From: Gemmatimonadota bacterium
Lineage (GTDB): Bacteria > Gemmatimonadota > Gemmatimonadetes > Gemmatimonadales > GWC2-71-9
Direction of reading: 5' to 3'
DNA: 33,156 nucleotides
Assembly (NCBI GenBank): GCA_036679545.1
Contig: JAZDDD010000758.1
Location: 1-33,156 of the forward strand
Below, piece by piece: positions 15,970 through 24,754 of this stretch. Position numbers and translations under genes: made by a program. Numbering within the stretch: position 1 is the stretch's first letter; each line of letters starts with the position of its first letter. The notes beneath the pieces are model-generated. The model searched no databases, was not told the DNA's origin, and was given only the letters and a program-made list of their open reading frames with translations.

Positions 15970-16803
15970 TCAGTGCCCTAGCATCATGCGCAATAACCTG
16001 CCGGTAACATCTTGCAGTTCTGCACGCCGTACGACCAGGTCAATCATTCCGTGGTCCACGAGAAACTCCGCCGTCTGAAAACCTTCGGGTAGGTCTTGCC
16101 CAATTGTCTGTTTGATCACACGAGCACCGGCAAATCCGATCACCGCACCAGGTTCAGCGATGTGGACATCGCCTTGCATGGCGAATGATGCCGATACTCC
16201 ACCGGTCGTTGGATCGGTCAAGACCGAAATGTATGGTATACCCCTGCGCGCAAGCTGCGAAATAACCACCGATGTCTTGGCAAGTTGCATCAAACTGAGG
16301 ACACCTTCTTGCATCCGCGCACCGCCGGAACGCGATACGAGTATGAGGGGCGTTTCCTCTTTTACCGATCGTTGTCCGAGTCGTGCGATTTTCTCTCCTA
16401 CGACGGATCCCATGGAACCACCCATGAAATCGAACTCCATTACGCCGAGACTGACATCAAGGCCCTTCAGTTTTCCGTATCCCGTCAAAACCGCTTCGCC
16501 ACCATTGTTCTTTCGGTCGGCTCTCGCCAAGCGGTCCGCGTACCCATCGAAATTCAGCGGATTGACCGAACGCAAGTCCGCATCGGTTTCTTCGAACGTC
16601 CCGTCGTCGATGAAGACCTTTACGTACTCAGCTGCAGGGATGCGCCGATGAAAGTCGCATTCGGGACACACTTCGAGCGTTTTCTGGAACCGCTCGCGGA
16701 GATCCACATGACCACACTTCGTACACTTGTCCCAGGCGTCAGCTGGAATCTCCAGCTTGTTCCGGGACGGCCGTTTCTTGCCTTCTTTTCTAAACCAGGC
16801 CAT
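15970..16803 (-). CDS. accD: Acetyl-CoA carboxylase carboxyltransferase beta subunit
   Basis: MAWFRK start (ATG 16803; the track uses TTG 16809). Zn-ribbon CTKCGH...CPECDF; carboxyltransferase blocks GGSMGS and GGARMQEG. Confidence 0.9.
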   Translation of the reverse strand: MAWFRKEGKKRPSRNKLEIPADAWDKCTKCGHVDLRERFQKTLEVCPECDFHRRIPAAEYVKVFIDDGTFEETDADLRSVNPLNFDGYADRLARADRKNNGGEAVLTGYGKLKGLDVSLGVMEFDFMGGSMGSVVGEKIARLGQRSVKEETPLILVSRSGGARMQEGVLSLMQLAKTSVVISQLARRGIPYISVLTDPTTGGVSASFAMQGDVHIAEPGAVIGFAGARVIKQTIGQDLPEGFQTAEFLVDHGMIDLVVRRAELQDVTGRLLRMMLGH

Positions 16804-16883
16804 GCACAAAATTTCCGGTGAGAGATATGGTCCTGACCACGTAAAAAACGGGTGTCAAATGTGACTGGGTTGGGCAGACCCCG

Positions 16884-18134
16884 CTAGCCCTCCGCGTACC
16901 CGCCATAGCGCGTCTCCCAGGCCGTTCGGAACGCGAGCGCCATGCTCAACAAGCAGATCATCGCAAACGACCCACCGTATGAGAAAAATGGAAGCGGAAT
17001 ACCCGTGACGGGAAGCAAACCAATCGTCATGCCGGTGTTCTCCACGATGTGGACGAACAGCATCCCGATGATGCCGGCGACCATGAGGCTAGAAAATGCG
17101 TCAATCGAAGTCCGAGCGATCCGCAGCAGCACGATCAGCAACACCCCGAACAACGTGAGGGTCACCGCAACGCCAGCAAAACCGAACTCCTCACCAACGA
17201 TGGAGAACACGAAATCTGTATGTTGCGCCGGGAGGAACGCCAATCGTTTTTGCGCTCCCTCCAAGAAGCCATTGCCCAAAAGGCCACCCGACCCGATCGC
17301 AACCTTGGATTGGATCACGTTCCAACCCGCCGCTTGTGGATCGACCTCCGGATTGAGAAATGACAGGATGCGGTTCTTTTGATAGTCGGCAAGACGATTC
17401 CACAGACCGAAAGCAAATACGCCCATGGCAACGTTGCCAAACCATATGAACGCCCCTTCCCGCACGTATGGGCGCATCCAAACGAGCAAAATCGTCATTA
17501 CGACGATCCACGCGCCCCAGAGTCCGGTCGAAAACGCCAGGAAGAGACTGATGACCGGGGACGCGAGCAAAAGCAACAATCGCAAGCTGACACCTACCCA
17601 ATAGAGCATCACAAAGAGGATGCCGATCAACACAACCGCGCTGCCCAAATCCGGTTGCAATCCGATGAGAACGAATGGTGCCAACACGATCATCACCGAC
17701 GGTATCAGGTCAAAAAATGTCTTTGGCGCATCTTTGCGGGATCCGAGATACCGTGCCAACATTAACGCGGTCGCGAGCTTCGCAAGTTCCGCCGGTTGTC
17801 CTATGCGAATACTTCCGACACTCAACCACGACTTGGCACCCGCTGCGGTACCCGCGCCCGTGCCCGCGAACAACGTAGCGATCAGTAAGATGATTGTTGC
17901 GATGTAAAGGTAAGGCGCCAACCATTCTACGACACGCGGCGACACGCGAAAGAGCATCGCCGCCACAAACGTCCCAAGGACAAGCCACACCAGTTGGCGC
18001 ACCCACATATTCGCCGCAATCGTGGGGAAGTCGGCTTGGCCAGCGGAGTACAATATCGCAATTCCCGGGAGGATCAACGCCAGGATTGCAATGAGTAACG
18101 CGCGGTCAAGACGCCGGTCATCCATCGTGCTCAA
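16884..18134 (-). CDS. rodA: Rod shape-determining protein RodA (SEDS family)
   Basis: 416-aa polytopic membrane protein of FtsW/RodA type (LPVTGIPLPFFSYGGS), immediately downstream of PBP2. TTG 18134 overlaps the mrdA stop; ATG 18125 is an alternative. Confidence 0.9.
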   Translation of the reverse strand: MSTMDDRRLDRALLIAILALILPGIAILYSAGQADFPTIAANMWVRQLVWLVLGTFVAAMLFRVSPRVVEWLAPYLYIATIILLIATLFAGTGAGTAAGAKSWLSVGSIRIGQPAELAKLATALMLARYLGSRKDAPKTFFDLIPSVMIVLAPFVLIGLQPDLGSAVVLIGILFVMLYWVGVSLRLLLLLASPVISLFLAFSTGLWGAWIVVMTILLVWMRPYVREGAFIWFGNVAMGVFAFGLWNRLADYQKNRILSFLNPEVDPQAAGWNVIQSKVAIGSGGLLGNGFLEGAQKRLAFLPAQHTDFVFSIVGEEFGFAGVAVTLTLFGVLLIVLLRIARTSIDAFSSLMVAGIIGMLFVHIVENTGMTIGLLPVTGIPLPFFSYGGSFAMICLLSMALAFRTAWETRYGGYAEG

Positions 18135-19975
18135 CCGCCAATGAGGACCGAGTCGGCAAGTGGAAGCGGTTGCGGTGCAGAGTCGGCCGGGACTAACAAT
18201 CGAATAGAACGGTCAAGTGTTTCATCGGCACCGAACAAATGACGTGCAATCACATTTGTTACGATCGGTGCAACATCCGATCCGTGCTCCGCGAACTCCA
18301 CAATGGCGCCGACGACGATTTCCGGTGCTTCCGCCGGTGCAAAAGCAATGAACCATCCATGGTTGGGGCCGTGGGAATTTTGCGCCGTTCCGGTCTTGCC
18401 GGCAATGCGCAAATTGGCAATACGCGAACGGACCGCGGTTCCCTGCTCCACCACCATCACCAGCGCTTCGCGAAGTTCGTCAATCTGTGTGGGATCGAGT
18501 CGAAGCCCCGAAGCCGGGCGATATTCGACCGGCTCGCTCAACACAAATCGCGGTGTCGGCGCGACGCCGTCATCGTTGGCCAACGCCGCATAAAACCGAA
18601 TCATGTTAAGCAATGTTTGATCGTTTTCACCCTGCCCAATCGCCAAGTTCAGGGTTACCGCTCGCGTCCATCCACGAGGCCCGTACGTCTGGTCGTAGTA
18701 ACTTGTCGTTGCTGGAAAAAACGACTGGACCTCGTTGGGCAAATCGACGCCGGTGAGTCCAGAAAATCCTAACTGGGTGCCGTCCTCCAACAAATTTTGC
18801 AAACCGATTTTTAACCCGAGCTGATAGAAGTACACGTCGCACGAGTGTTGAATTGCCTCGGCAAGCGTCAAGGATCCGTGACCCTCCGTACGCCAACATC
18901 TAAAGTATCGAGTGAAATACGGCATGCCACCGTGACACGGAGTCGTCATCCGCGTATCCATCGTGACGATACCCCGACGCAACGCCATGGTCGCGACGGC
19001 GAGTTTCCAGGGCGACGCGGGTGGGTACCGACCCTGGACCGCTCGATTGAGGAGCGGATTGTCCGCGGAGTTACGAATCTGATCCCACAGGCCGACATCA
19101 ATACCGCCGACGAACGCGTTTGGATCAAATGACGGCGCGGAATACATTGCCAGAACGTCTCCGTTGCGGGGATCCATGGCCACAACGGCCCCGCGAGCCT
19201 CGGCTGGGAATTGCGACTGCACGAAAGACTGAAGGTCCAGATCTAATGTGGTCCGCACGGTCTTTCCCTGCACCGGTGGCGACGGCGCAAGCACTCCCTC
19301 CTGTCGCACCGTTCGTCCGAACGCATCGACCTCGACATGGCGCCGACCGTCGCTCCCACGCAAGAGAGAATCATACTCTCGCTCGAGACCCGACCGGCCC
19401 ACCACTGTCCCGTACCGTGCGCCGGCAACGCTACCGCCCTCCAACTCTTGTTGGGTAATCTCGTTTACGTATCCCAACGAATGGGCGAAGATATCTCCGT
19501 GGGGATAGTGGCGTTTCGGTTCAGCCTGAATGGTCAGACCTTGCAACGCAACACGCCGCTCTTCCAACGCACTGACAACCTCGAAGGACGCATCCCGCAT
19601 AATGACAACTGGGTCGTCGATCCGCGCACGGGGTCGGTCGAGAATGGCTGCGACCTGGCCTACATCAAGACCGATGAGGTCCGCGATGAGACCCATCGTC
19701 GATGTTAGGGAATCCCGGCTCGACCCTATCAACGATATCGTGTAACCGGGAACGTTGTCGGCAAGTATGCTACCGTGTCGATCAACGATAAGACCACGCG
19801 GAGCAGGTAAGATGGAAGGTCGAATACGGTTTTGATCCGATTGAAATAGATATCGGTCTCGCCCCATGACCTGCAGACGAAAGAACCCGAGGCCAATCGC
19901 CCCCAATGCGAACGCGATAAACCAACTACCCAGCGTGGCCCGACGTCCAATTGCGTGGGGATGATTCCATCTCAT
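18131..19975 (-). CDS. mrdA: Penicillin-binding protein 2 (elongasome transpeptidase)
   Basis: 614 aa with an N-terminal TM segment, SxxK (ASPWK), SxD (SCD) and KTGT motifs, in mreBCD-mrdA-rodA synteny. Confidence 0.9.
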   Translation of the reverse strand: MRWNHPHAIGRRATLGSWFIAFALGAIGLGFFRLQVMGRDRYLFQSDQNRIRPSILPAPRGLIVDRHGSILADNVPGYTISLIGSSRDSLTSTMGLIADLIGLDVGQVAAILDRPRARIDDPVVIMRDASFEVVSALEERRVALQGLTIQAEPKRHYPHGDIFAHSLGYVNEITQQELEGGSVAGARYGTVVGRSGLEREYDSLLRGSDGRRHVEVDAFGRTVRQEGVLAPSPPVQGKTVRTTLDLDLQSFVQSQFPAEARGAVVAMDPRNGDVLAMYSAPSFDPNAFVGGIDVGLWDQIRNSADNPLLNRAVQGRYPPASPWKLAVATMALRRGIVTMDTRMTTPCHGGMPYFTRYFRCWRTEGHGSLTLAEAIQHSCDVYFYQLGLKIGLQNLLEDGTQLGFSGLTGVDLPNEVQSFFPATTSYYDQTYGPRGWTRAVTLNLAIGQGENDQTLLNMIRFYAALANDDGVAPTPRFVLSEPVEYRPASGLRLDPTQIDELREALVMVVEQGTAVRSRIANLRIAGKTGTAQNSHGPNHGWFIAFAPAEAPEIVVGAIVEFAEHGSDVAPIVTNVIARHLFGADETLDRSIRLLVPADSAPQPLPLADSVLIGG

Positions 19976-19990
19976 CGAACGATCATCCTT

Positions 19991-20485
19991 TCAATTGTTG
20001 CCAACCCGCAACCAACCACGAAACATGCTCATGAGAATCACACCCGTAGCGGTCGTGGTCGCTGCGAGTACAATTGACCATGTACCCAATTGCCACAATA
20101 ACTCCCGCCCCATGGTCCCACGGCTCGCCAGCAGCATCAGGAGGTCTCTTACCCAAACTCCGGCGAACAAGAAACCCGCGTTCACGACGAAATTATCGGG
20201 GAAGAAAACGTCCTTCCCCCAAGCCTGAAGATAACCAACGACCGTGTGTGCGAGTGCTCCGGCGCCAAACGCAATCTGAGAGAGCGCATCTCCCACGATC
20301 CCAACACCGAACCCCGCGATGGCAGCGCGGCCAGGTCGCACCCTGATGGCATACATCATGAGCGCCAGCATCAGAAAATCCGGTGCCCATCGGGGGTTCC
20401 CTAACCAGGGGCGTACAACAAAATGCATCAGTACGAGCGCCCCGAGGATAATCCAAAGTCGATAGGGTTTGGCGTTTGGGATCAT
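19991..20485 (-). CDS. mreD: Rod shape-determining protein MreD
   Basis: 164-aa multi-TM protein between mreC and mrdA. The ATGA overlap with mreC fits. The call rests mainly on synteny and hydrophobicity. Confidence 0.75.
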   Translation of the reverse strand: MIPNAKPYRLWIILGALVLMHFVVRPWLGNPRWAPDFLMLALMMYAIRVRPGRAAIAGFGVGIVGDALSQIAFGAGALAHTVVGYLQAWGKDVFFPDNFVVNAGFLFAGVWVRDLLMLLASRGTMGRELLWQLGTWSIVLAATTTATGVILMSMFRGWLRVGNN

Positions 20486-21318
20486 CGACCGGCGCTAGAA
20501 AAAACCCGTTCGACATCCACACCGACGGTGAGGATGATAAGAACATGGGAAAGGGTGGTGAGTCGAACCGCCGGTTCGATCAAATAGGTCTTGGTGAATC
20601 CGGTTTGTTCTCCGATCAACTGACGAACGATGCCAACCGGAATACCACGTGGATACACTCCACCGAGTCCGGACGTCACGATGGAGTCCCCGGATGCCAC
20701 CTCGACAAAATAAGGAACCTCTCTCAGTTCCAAGAACGTGGTAGCACCGTCGGCGACACGCGGCGCGACGATGCCACTCACGCGTCCATCTCGCGTCGAC
20801 GCGCTTGCTCGAAAGTATGGATGGGTCCACGTGTGAACAATAGACGTCCTCGCATCCACCGTTTGCACGTGCCCGACTAAACCGGCGCCGGTTACCACGG
20901 GAGCCCACTGCCGCACACTGTCACGCGCACCAGCGGTAACGATGAGCGTGTTGGACTCATCGGGTTGGACTTGATGTAGCGTTTCCGCTGGGACATGACG
21001 AATGTTCATGCGGGACCGGAGCCGCATCACCGTCCGAAACCGTTCGTTTTCGGCACGCACAGTCTCCAACTCATTGGCGCGCAGAACGGCAGAATCACGT
21101 TCAGCCACGACGCGCTCGAATTCCGTCCTACGTCCTCGCACTAATTCCGTCTGTTCCTGAAGGGCAAGGAATGGTGCGAGGACGGTACGTCTCATGGCCG
21201 ACGCTATGCTATTGCTGACGTTTTCGGGTATCGCTCGCGCACCAACCGCGAGGACCAAGCAGATGATAAAGGCGACAGTGTCTCTACGCGAGGCGTACGA
21301 ATCCGATCCAAAGTCCAC
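20482..21318 (-). CDS. mreC: Rod shape-determining protein MreC
   Basis: 278 aa with an N-terminal TM, a coiled-coil region (ELVRGRRTEFERVVAERD...ENERFR), a beta-rich C-domain (TSGLGGVYPRGIPVG), and matching synteny. Confidence 0.85.
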   Translation of the reverse strand: MDFGSDSYASRRDTVAFIICLVLAVGARAIPENVSNSIASAMRRTVLAPFLALQEQTELVRGRRTEFERVVAERDSAVLRANELETVRAENERFRTVMRLRSRMNIRHVPAETLHQVQPDESNTLIVTAGARDSVRQWAPVVTGAGLVGHVQTVDARTSIVHTWTHPYFRASASTRDGRVSGIVAPRVADGATTFLELREVPYFVEVASGDSIVTSGLGGVYPRGIPVGIVRQLIGEQTGFTKTYLIEPAVRLTTLSHVLIILTVGVDVERVFSSAGR

Positions 21319-21324
21319 GGGATT

Positions 21325-22368
21325 TTAGGTGGTCAGGACGGCGCGATACTTCTCCGGGTCATCAAGGATCCTTCCCGTCCCACGCACAACGCACGTTAAC
21401 GGATCCTCGTCAAGCCGTATTGGAAGCGAGGTTTCTTGTGACAGTAGTACGTCGAGACCCGAGATCATAGCGCCACCTCCAGCCATCACGATGCCCCTAT
21501 CGACAATATCTGACGCCAACTCCGGTGGTGTAATCTCTAACGCCCGCCGCACCGCATCGACAATTTGTTGGATAGGTTCTTGAATCGCTTCGCGAATCTC
21601 GGCAGATCCAATTCGCACGACTTTTGGGATACCCGACACGAGGTCGCGGCCTTTCGCCTCCATCTCTTTGTCTTCATCGACCTGCGCGGCGGACCCGATT
21701 GCAATTTTTATCGCTTCGGCGGTGGGTTCGCCAATCAGCAAATTGTAATTCTTTCGCATGAACTGCACGATGGCCATGTCGAGTTCATCTCCACCCGTTC
21801 GGATGGATGTGTCGCTCACAATACCAGCGAGCGCAATGACGGCGATTTCAGTCGTGCCGCCGCCAATATCGATAACCATATTGCCGGTCGGTGTTTCAAC
21901 GGGTAGGCCCACACCAATCGCCGCCGCCATTGGCTCGGCAACCATGTACACCTCTTTTGCACCGGCCGACTGGGCACTGTCACGCACGGCACGGCGCTCG
22001 ACACCCGTGATACCACTCGGTACGCAGATAATGACTTTTGGTTTAACGCGGAAGACGTGCTTATTGATGATGGTCGAGAGAAAGTACCGCAGCATCTTTT
22101 CCGTCACGTCAAAGTCGGCAATGACACCGTCTTTGAGTGGCCGCACTGCGACAATCGACTCCGGAGTACGCCCCAACATGCGTTTGGCCTCTAAGCCAAT
22201 GCCCAGCGCTCGACCGGTTGCCTTATCCACCGCCACGACTGACGGCTCGTTCAGCACAATCCCTTCGCCCCGAACATAGATCAACGTGTTCGACGTACCG
22301 AGATCCACGGCGATCTCCGTAGCCGGGAGCAAGTTCCCCATGCTGAACTTTGGCCACGACAATTTCAT
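21325..22368 (-). CDS. mreB: Rod shape-determining actin-like protein MreB
   Basis: 347 aa. DLGTSNTLIY, EPMAAAIG and DIGGGTTE are actin-fold ATPase motifs. An internal Met at codon 10 is an alternative start. Confidence 0.95.
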   Translation of the reverse strand: MKLSWPKFSMGNLLPATEIAVDLGTSNTLIYVRGEGIVLNEPSVVAVDKATGRALGIGLEAKRMLGRTPESIVAVRPLKDGVIADFDVTEKMLRYFLSTIINKHVFRVKPKVIICVPSGITGVERRAVRDSAQSAGAKEVYMVAEPMAAAIGVGLPVETPTGNMVIDIGGGTTEIAVIALAGIVSDTSIRTGGDELDMAIVQFMRKNYNLLIGEPTAEAIKIAIGSAAQVDEDKEMEAKGRDLVSGIPKVVRIGSAEIREAIQEPIQQIVDAVRRALEITPPELASDIVDRGIVMAGGGAMISGLDVLLSQETSLPIRLDEDPLTCVVRGTGRILDDPEKYRAVLTT

Positions 22369-22373
22369 ACGAC

Positions 22374-23486
22374 TCAGAGCACAGTTTCCAAATCTACGAG
22401 TGATAGCCCAAACGCCTCCGCCACCCCAGGATACACAACTTGCCCCCGAACCACGTTCAACCCAAGGGCCAACGGCCGACTTGCTTTACACGCATCGACC
22501 CATCCCATTCGAGCCAGTCGTCGGGCATACGGGAAGGTCGCATTGGTCAGCGCCAACGTGCTCGTCCGTGGAACACCGCCCGGCATGTTGGCCACGGCGT
22601 AGTGAATGACACCGTCGACGACGTAGGTGGGGTCCTGGTGTGTCGTTGGCTTTGCCGTTTCGATACACCCACCCTGGTCAACCGCAACATCGACAATGAC
22701 AGCGCCCTGTTTCATCGACTTCAAGTCTTCGCGTCGTACAAGACGGGGGGCCTTTGCGCCCGGTAACAAGACGGCGCCGATCAAAAGATCCGTGCGCTCA
22801 AGTTGTGTAAGGATGTTGCGCCGGTTGGAGTAGATCAACCGAACGTTTGCCGGCATTACATCGGACAGGTAACGAAGTCGGTCGAGCGATAGGTCAATGA
22901 CCGTGACGTCCGCACCAAGTCCGGCGGCCATCTTTGCGGCGTTCGTCCCCACGACTCCACCACCGAGGATCGTGACTATGGCCGGTGCCACCCCGGGAAC
23001 ACCTCCCAGCAGCACACCCATGCCGCCACTTGCCTCCTCCAGATACTTTGCGCCCTCCTGTATCGACATCCGTCCGGCGACCTCGCTCATTGGTGTCAGC
23101 AGCGGCAATTCGAGATTTGGGAGTTGGACGGTTTCGTAGGCAACAGCCACACAGCCACTATCCATCACGGCGCGTGTCAGATCCTCACTCGCGGCGAAGT
23201 GGAAGTAGGTAAAGACGACCTGATCGTTTTTGATACCAGCCCACTCAGAATGGATGGGCTCCTTCACCTTCAATATCATATCCGAACAAGACCACACGTC
23301 GGCGGCTTCTTTTACGATTTCACAACCGATATCTAGGTAATCATGGTCGGCAAATCCGCTACCCAGGCCCCCTTGACTCTCGACGACAACTTGATGCCCA
23401 TCGGCTACTAACGCTTCGGCGCCCGCAGGCACAAGCGCTATCCGATTCTCGTTTGGTTTGATTTCCTTCGGTACACCGATGATCAT
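22374..23486 (-). CDS. ald: Alanine dehydrogenase
   Basis: MIIGVPKEIKPNENRIALVPAG N-terminus and NAD-binding loop ILGGGVVGTNAA. I prefer ATG 23486 over the track start 23519, which removes the overlap with the upstream gene. Confidence 0.85.
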   Translation of the reverse strand: MIIGVPKEIKPNENRIALVPAGAEALVADGHQVVVESQGGLGSGFADHDYLDIGCEIVKEAADVWSCSDMILKVKEPIHSEWAGIKNDQVVFTYFHFAASEDLTRAVMDSGCVAVAYETVQLPNLELPLLTPMSEVAGRMSIQEGAKYLEEASGGMGVLLGGVPGVAPAIVTILGGGVVGTNAAKMAAGLGADVTVIDLSLDRLRYLSDVMPANVRLIYSNRRNILTQLERTDLLIGAVLLPGAKAPRLVRREDLKSMKQGAVIVDVAVDQGGCIETAKPTTHQDPTYVVDGVIHYAVANMPGGVPRTSTLALTNATFPYARRLARMGWVDACKASRPLALGLNVVRGQVVYPGVAEAFGLSLVDLETVL

Positions 23487-23500
23487 GTGCTTCTTTCCAG

Positions 23501-24751
23501 TCAGCTCGGACCGAGCCACACGGACGTGTGTCGTTCTGGATCGAGAAACTCATGAGCGACCTCCGCGACCTGCGTTGCACTGACGTCGTCGATGTCGACA
23601 AGCACCTGATCGATTGTTTTGTAAGGTTGTCCGTACAAAACGAATCCGGCTGCACGGTACATACGAGCGGCGGCGGTTTCAATAGATAGAGTGACTTGAC
23701 CTTTCAGTTGTTGCTTTGCTATCGCCAAATCATCTCCAACCAATCCTTCGTTCGCCAAACGCCGCATCTCTTTTTTTATTTCATCACACGCTTGCTCTGC
23801 CGTGGATGGATGCGTTCCCACGTACACACCCGTCATACCGGTCTGCTCGTAAAACGATTGATACGCATACACGGAATACGCCAAGCCAAGTTCTTCTCGC
23901 ACCCGTTGGAACAGGCGGCTGGACATGCCTCCTCCCAACACGGTGTTCAGCAGCATCAGGGCGTACCGACGATCGTCGCCATTGGAAAACGTGTCTCGTC
24001 CGATCACGATGTGGCTTTGCGCCAATTCGCGATCAAAACGCTTGGTCATGGGTTGCGCGGCCACCGGTTGCTCAACGGGCTCCCGTTTCGGGCCGGGTTC
24101 GAACGTAAACCAGCCACATTTGGTGAGCATCTTCAAAAGTACTTCGTGATTCAGGCTTCCGGCCGCCGCGATAACCACACGGCCAGGATGGTAAGCCCTG
24201 CGGTGCAGGTCGCGGAGATCATCCGCATTGAGATCCGTTACGGTTTCCCGGGTGCCCAAAATAGGGAAACCATATGGGTGTGCCGGCCATAGAACTTCGC
24301 CATGAAGATCAAAAACAAGGTCGTCAGGAGTGTCTTCGACGACGCTGATCTCTTCCAACACCACGCGGCGCTCGAGTTCTAGGTCAGCCGCCCGTAAGAC
24401 CGGGTTTCTGACCAGGTCCGTGAGCACGTCCAGCGCTCGTGGCAGGTCTTCATCGAGGACCCGTGCTTGGTAGGAGGTGTGATCTCGCGCAGTAAAGGCA
24501 TCGAGGGACCCGCCACGCACTTCCAACTCCAGCGCGATGTCCCGTGCGGATCTGCGCTCCGTGCCTTTAAAGACCATGTGTTCAAGGAGATGGGATACAC
24601 CCATCTTGGGACGGACTTCGTGCGCTGACGCAGTTTTGACCCAAATGCCGGTGGTTACCGATCGAACCCCAGACATCTGTTCCGACACAACCGTAACGCC
24701 GTTCTCCGCGTCCGTCCGGTACAACCCGTCATCCAGCTTGACTGTTTGCAT
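23501..24751 (-). CDS. M16-family (pitrilysin/insulinase-like) zinc peptidase
   Basis: 416 aa with the inverted zinc motif HxxEH (GVSHLLEHMVFKGT) near the N-terminus. Confidence 0.85.
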   Translation of the reverse strand: MQTVKLDDGLYRTDAENGVTVVSEQMSGVRSVTTGIWVKTASAHEVRPKMGVSHLLEHMVFKGTERRSARDIALELEVRGGSLDAFTARDHTSYQARVLDEDLPRALDVLTDLVRNPVLRAADLELERRVVLEEISVVEDTPDDLVFDLHGEVLWPAHPYGFPILGTRETVTDLNADDLRDLHRRAYHPGRVVIAAAGSLNHEVLLKMLTKCGWFTFEPGPKREPVEQPVAAQPMTKRFDRELAQSHIVIGRDTFSNGDDRRYALMLLNTVLGGGMSSRLFQRVREELGLAYSVYAYQSFYEQTGMTGVYVGTHPSTAEQACDEIKKEMRRLANEGLVGDDLAIAKQQLKGQVTLSIETAAARMYRAAGFVLYGQPYKTIDQVLVDIDDVSATQVAEVAHEFLDPERHTSVWLGPS

Positions 24752-24754
24752 GCG

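Noticed and set aside
16810-16883. An accD promoter (TTGACA on the - strand, reverse complement of 16854-16859) and a rodA terminator
   Set aside because: No acceptable -10 box lies at 16-18 nt spacing, and only 3-4 bp stems precede the T-run. I cannot support either call from sequence alone.
22374-23519. NAD(P) transhydrogenase alpha subunit (PntA) instead of alanine dehydrogenase
   Set aside because: There are no adjacent pntA2/pntB genes and no C-terminal membrane segment. The N-terminus MIIGVPKEIKPNENRIALVP and the length of about 370 aa fit soluble Ald.
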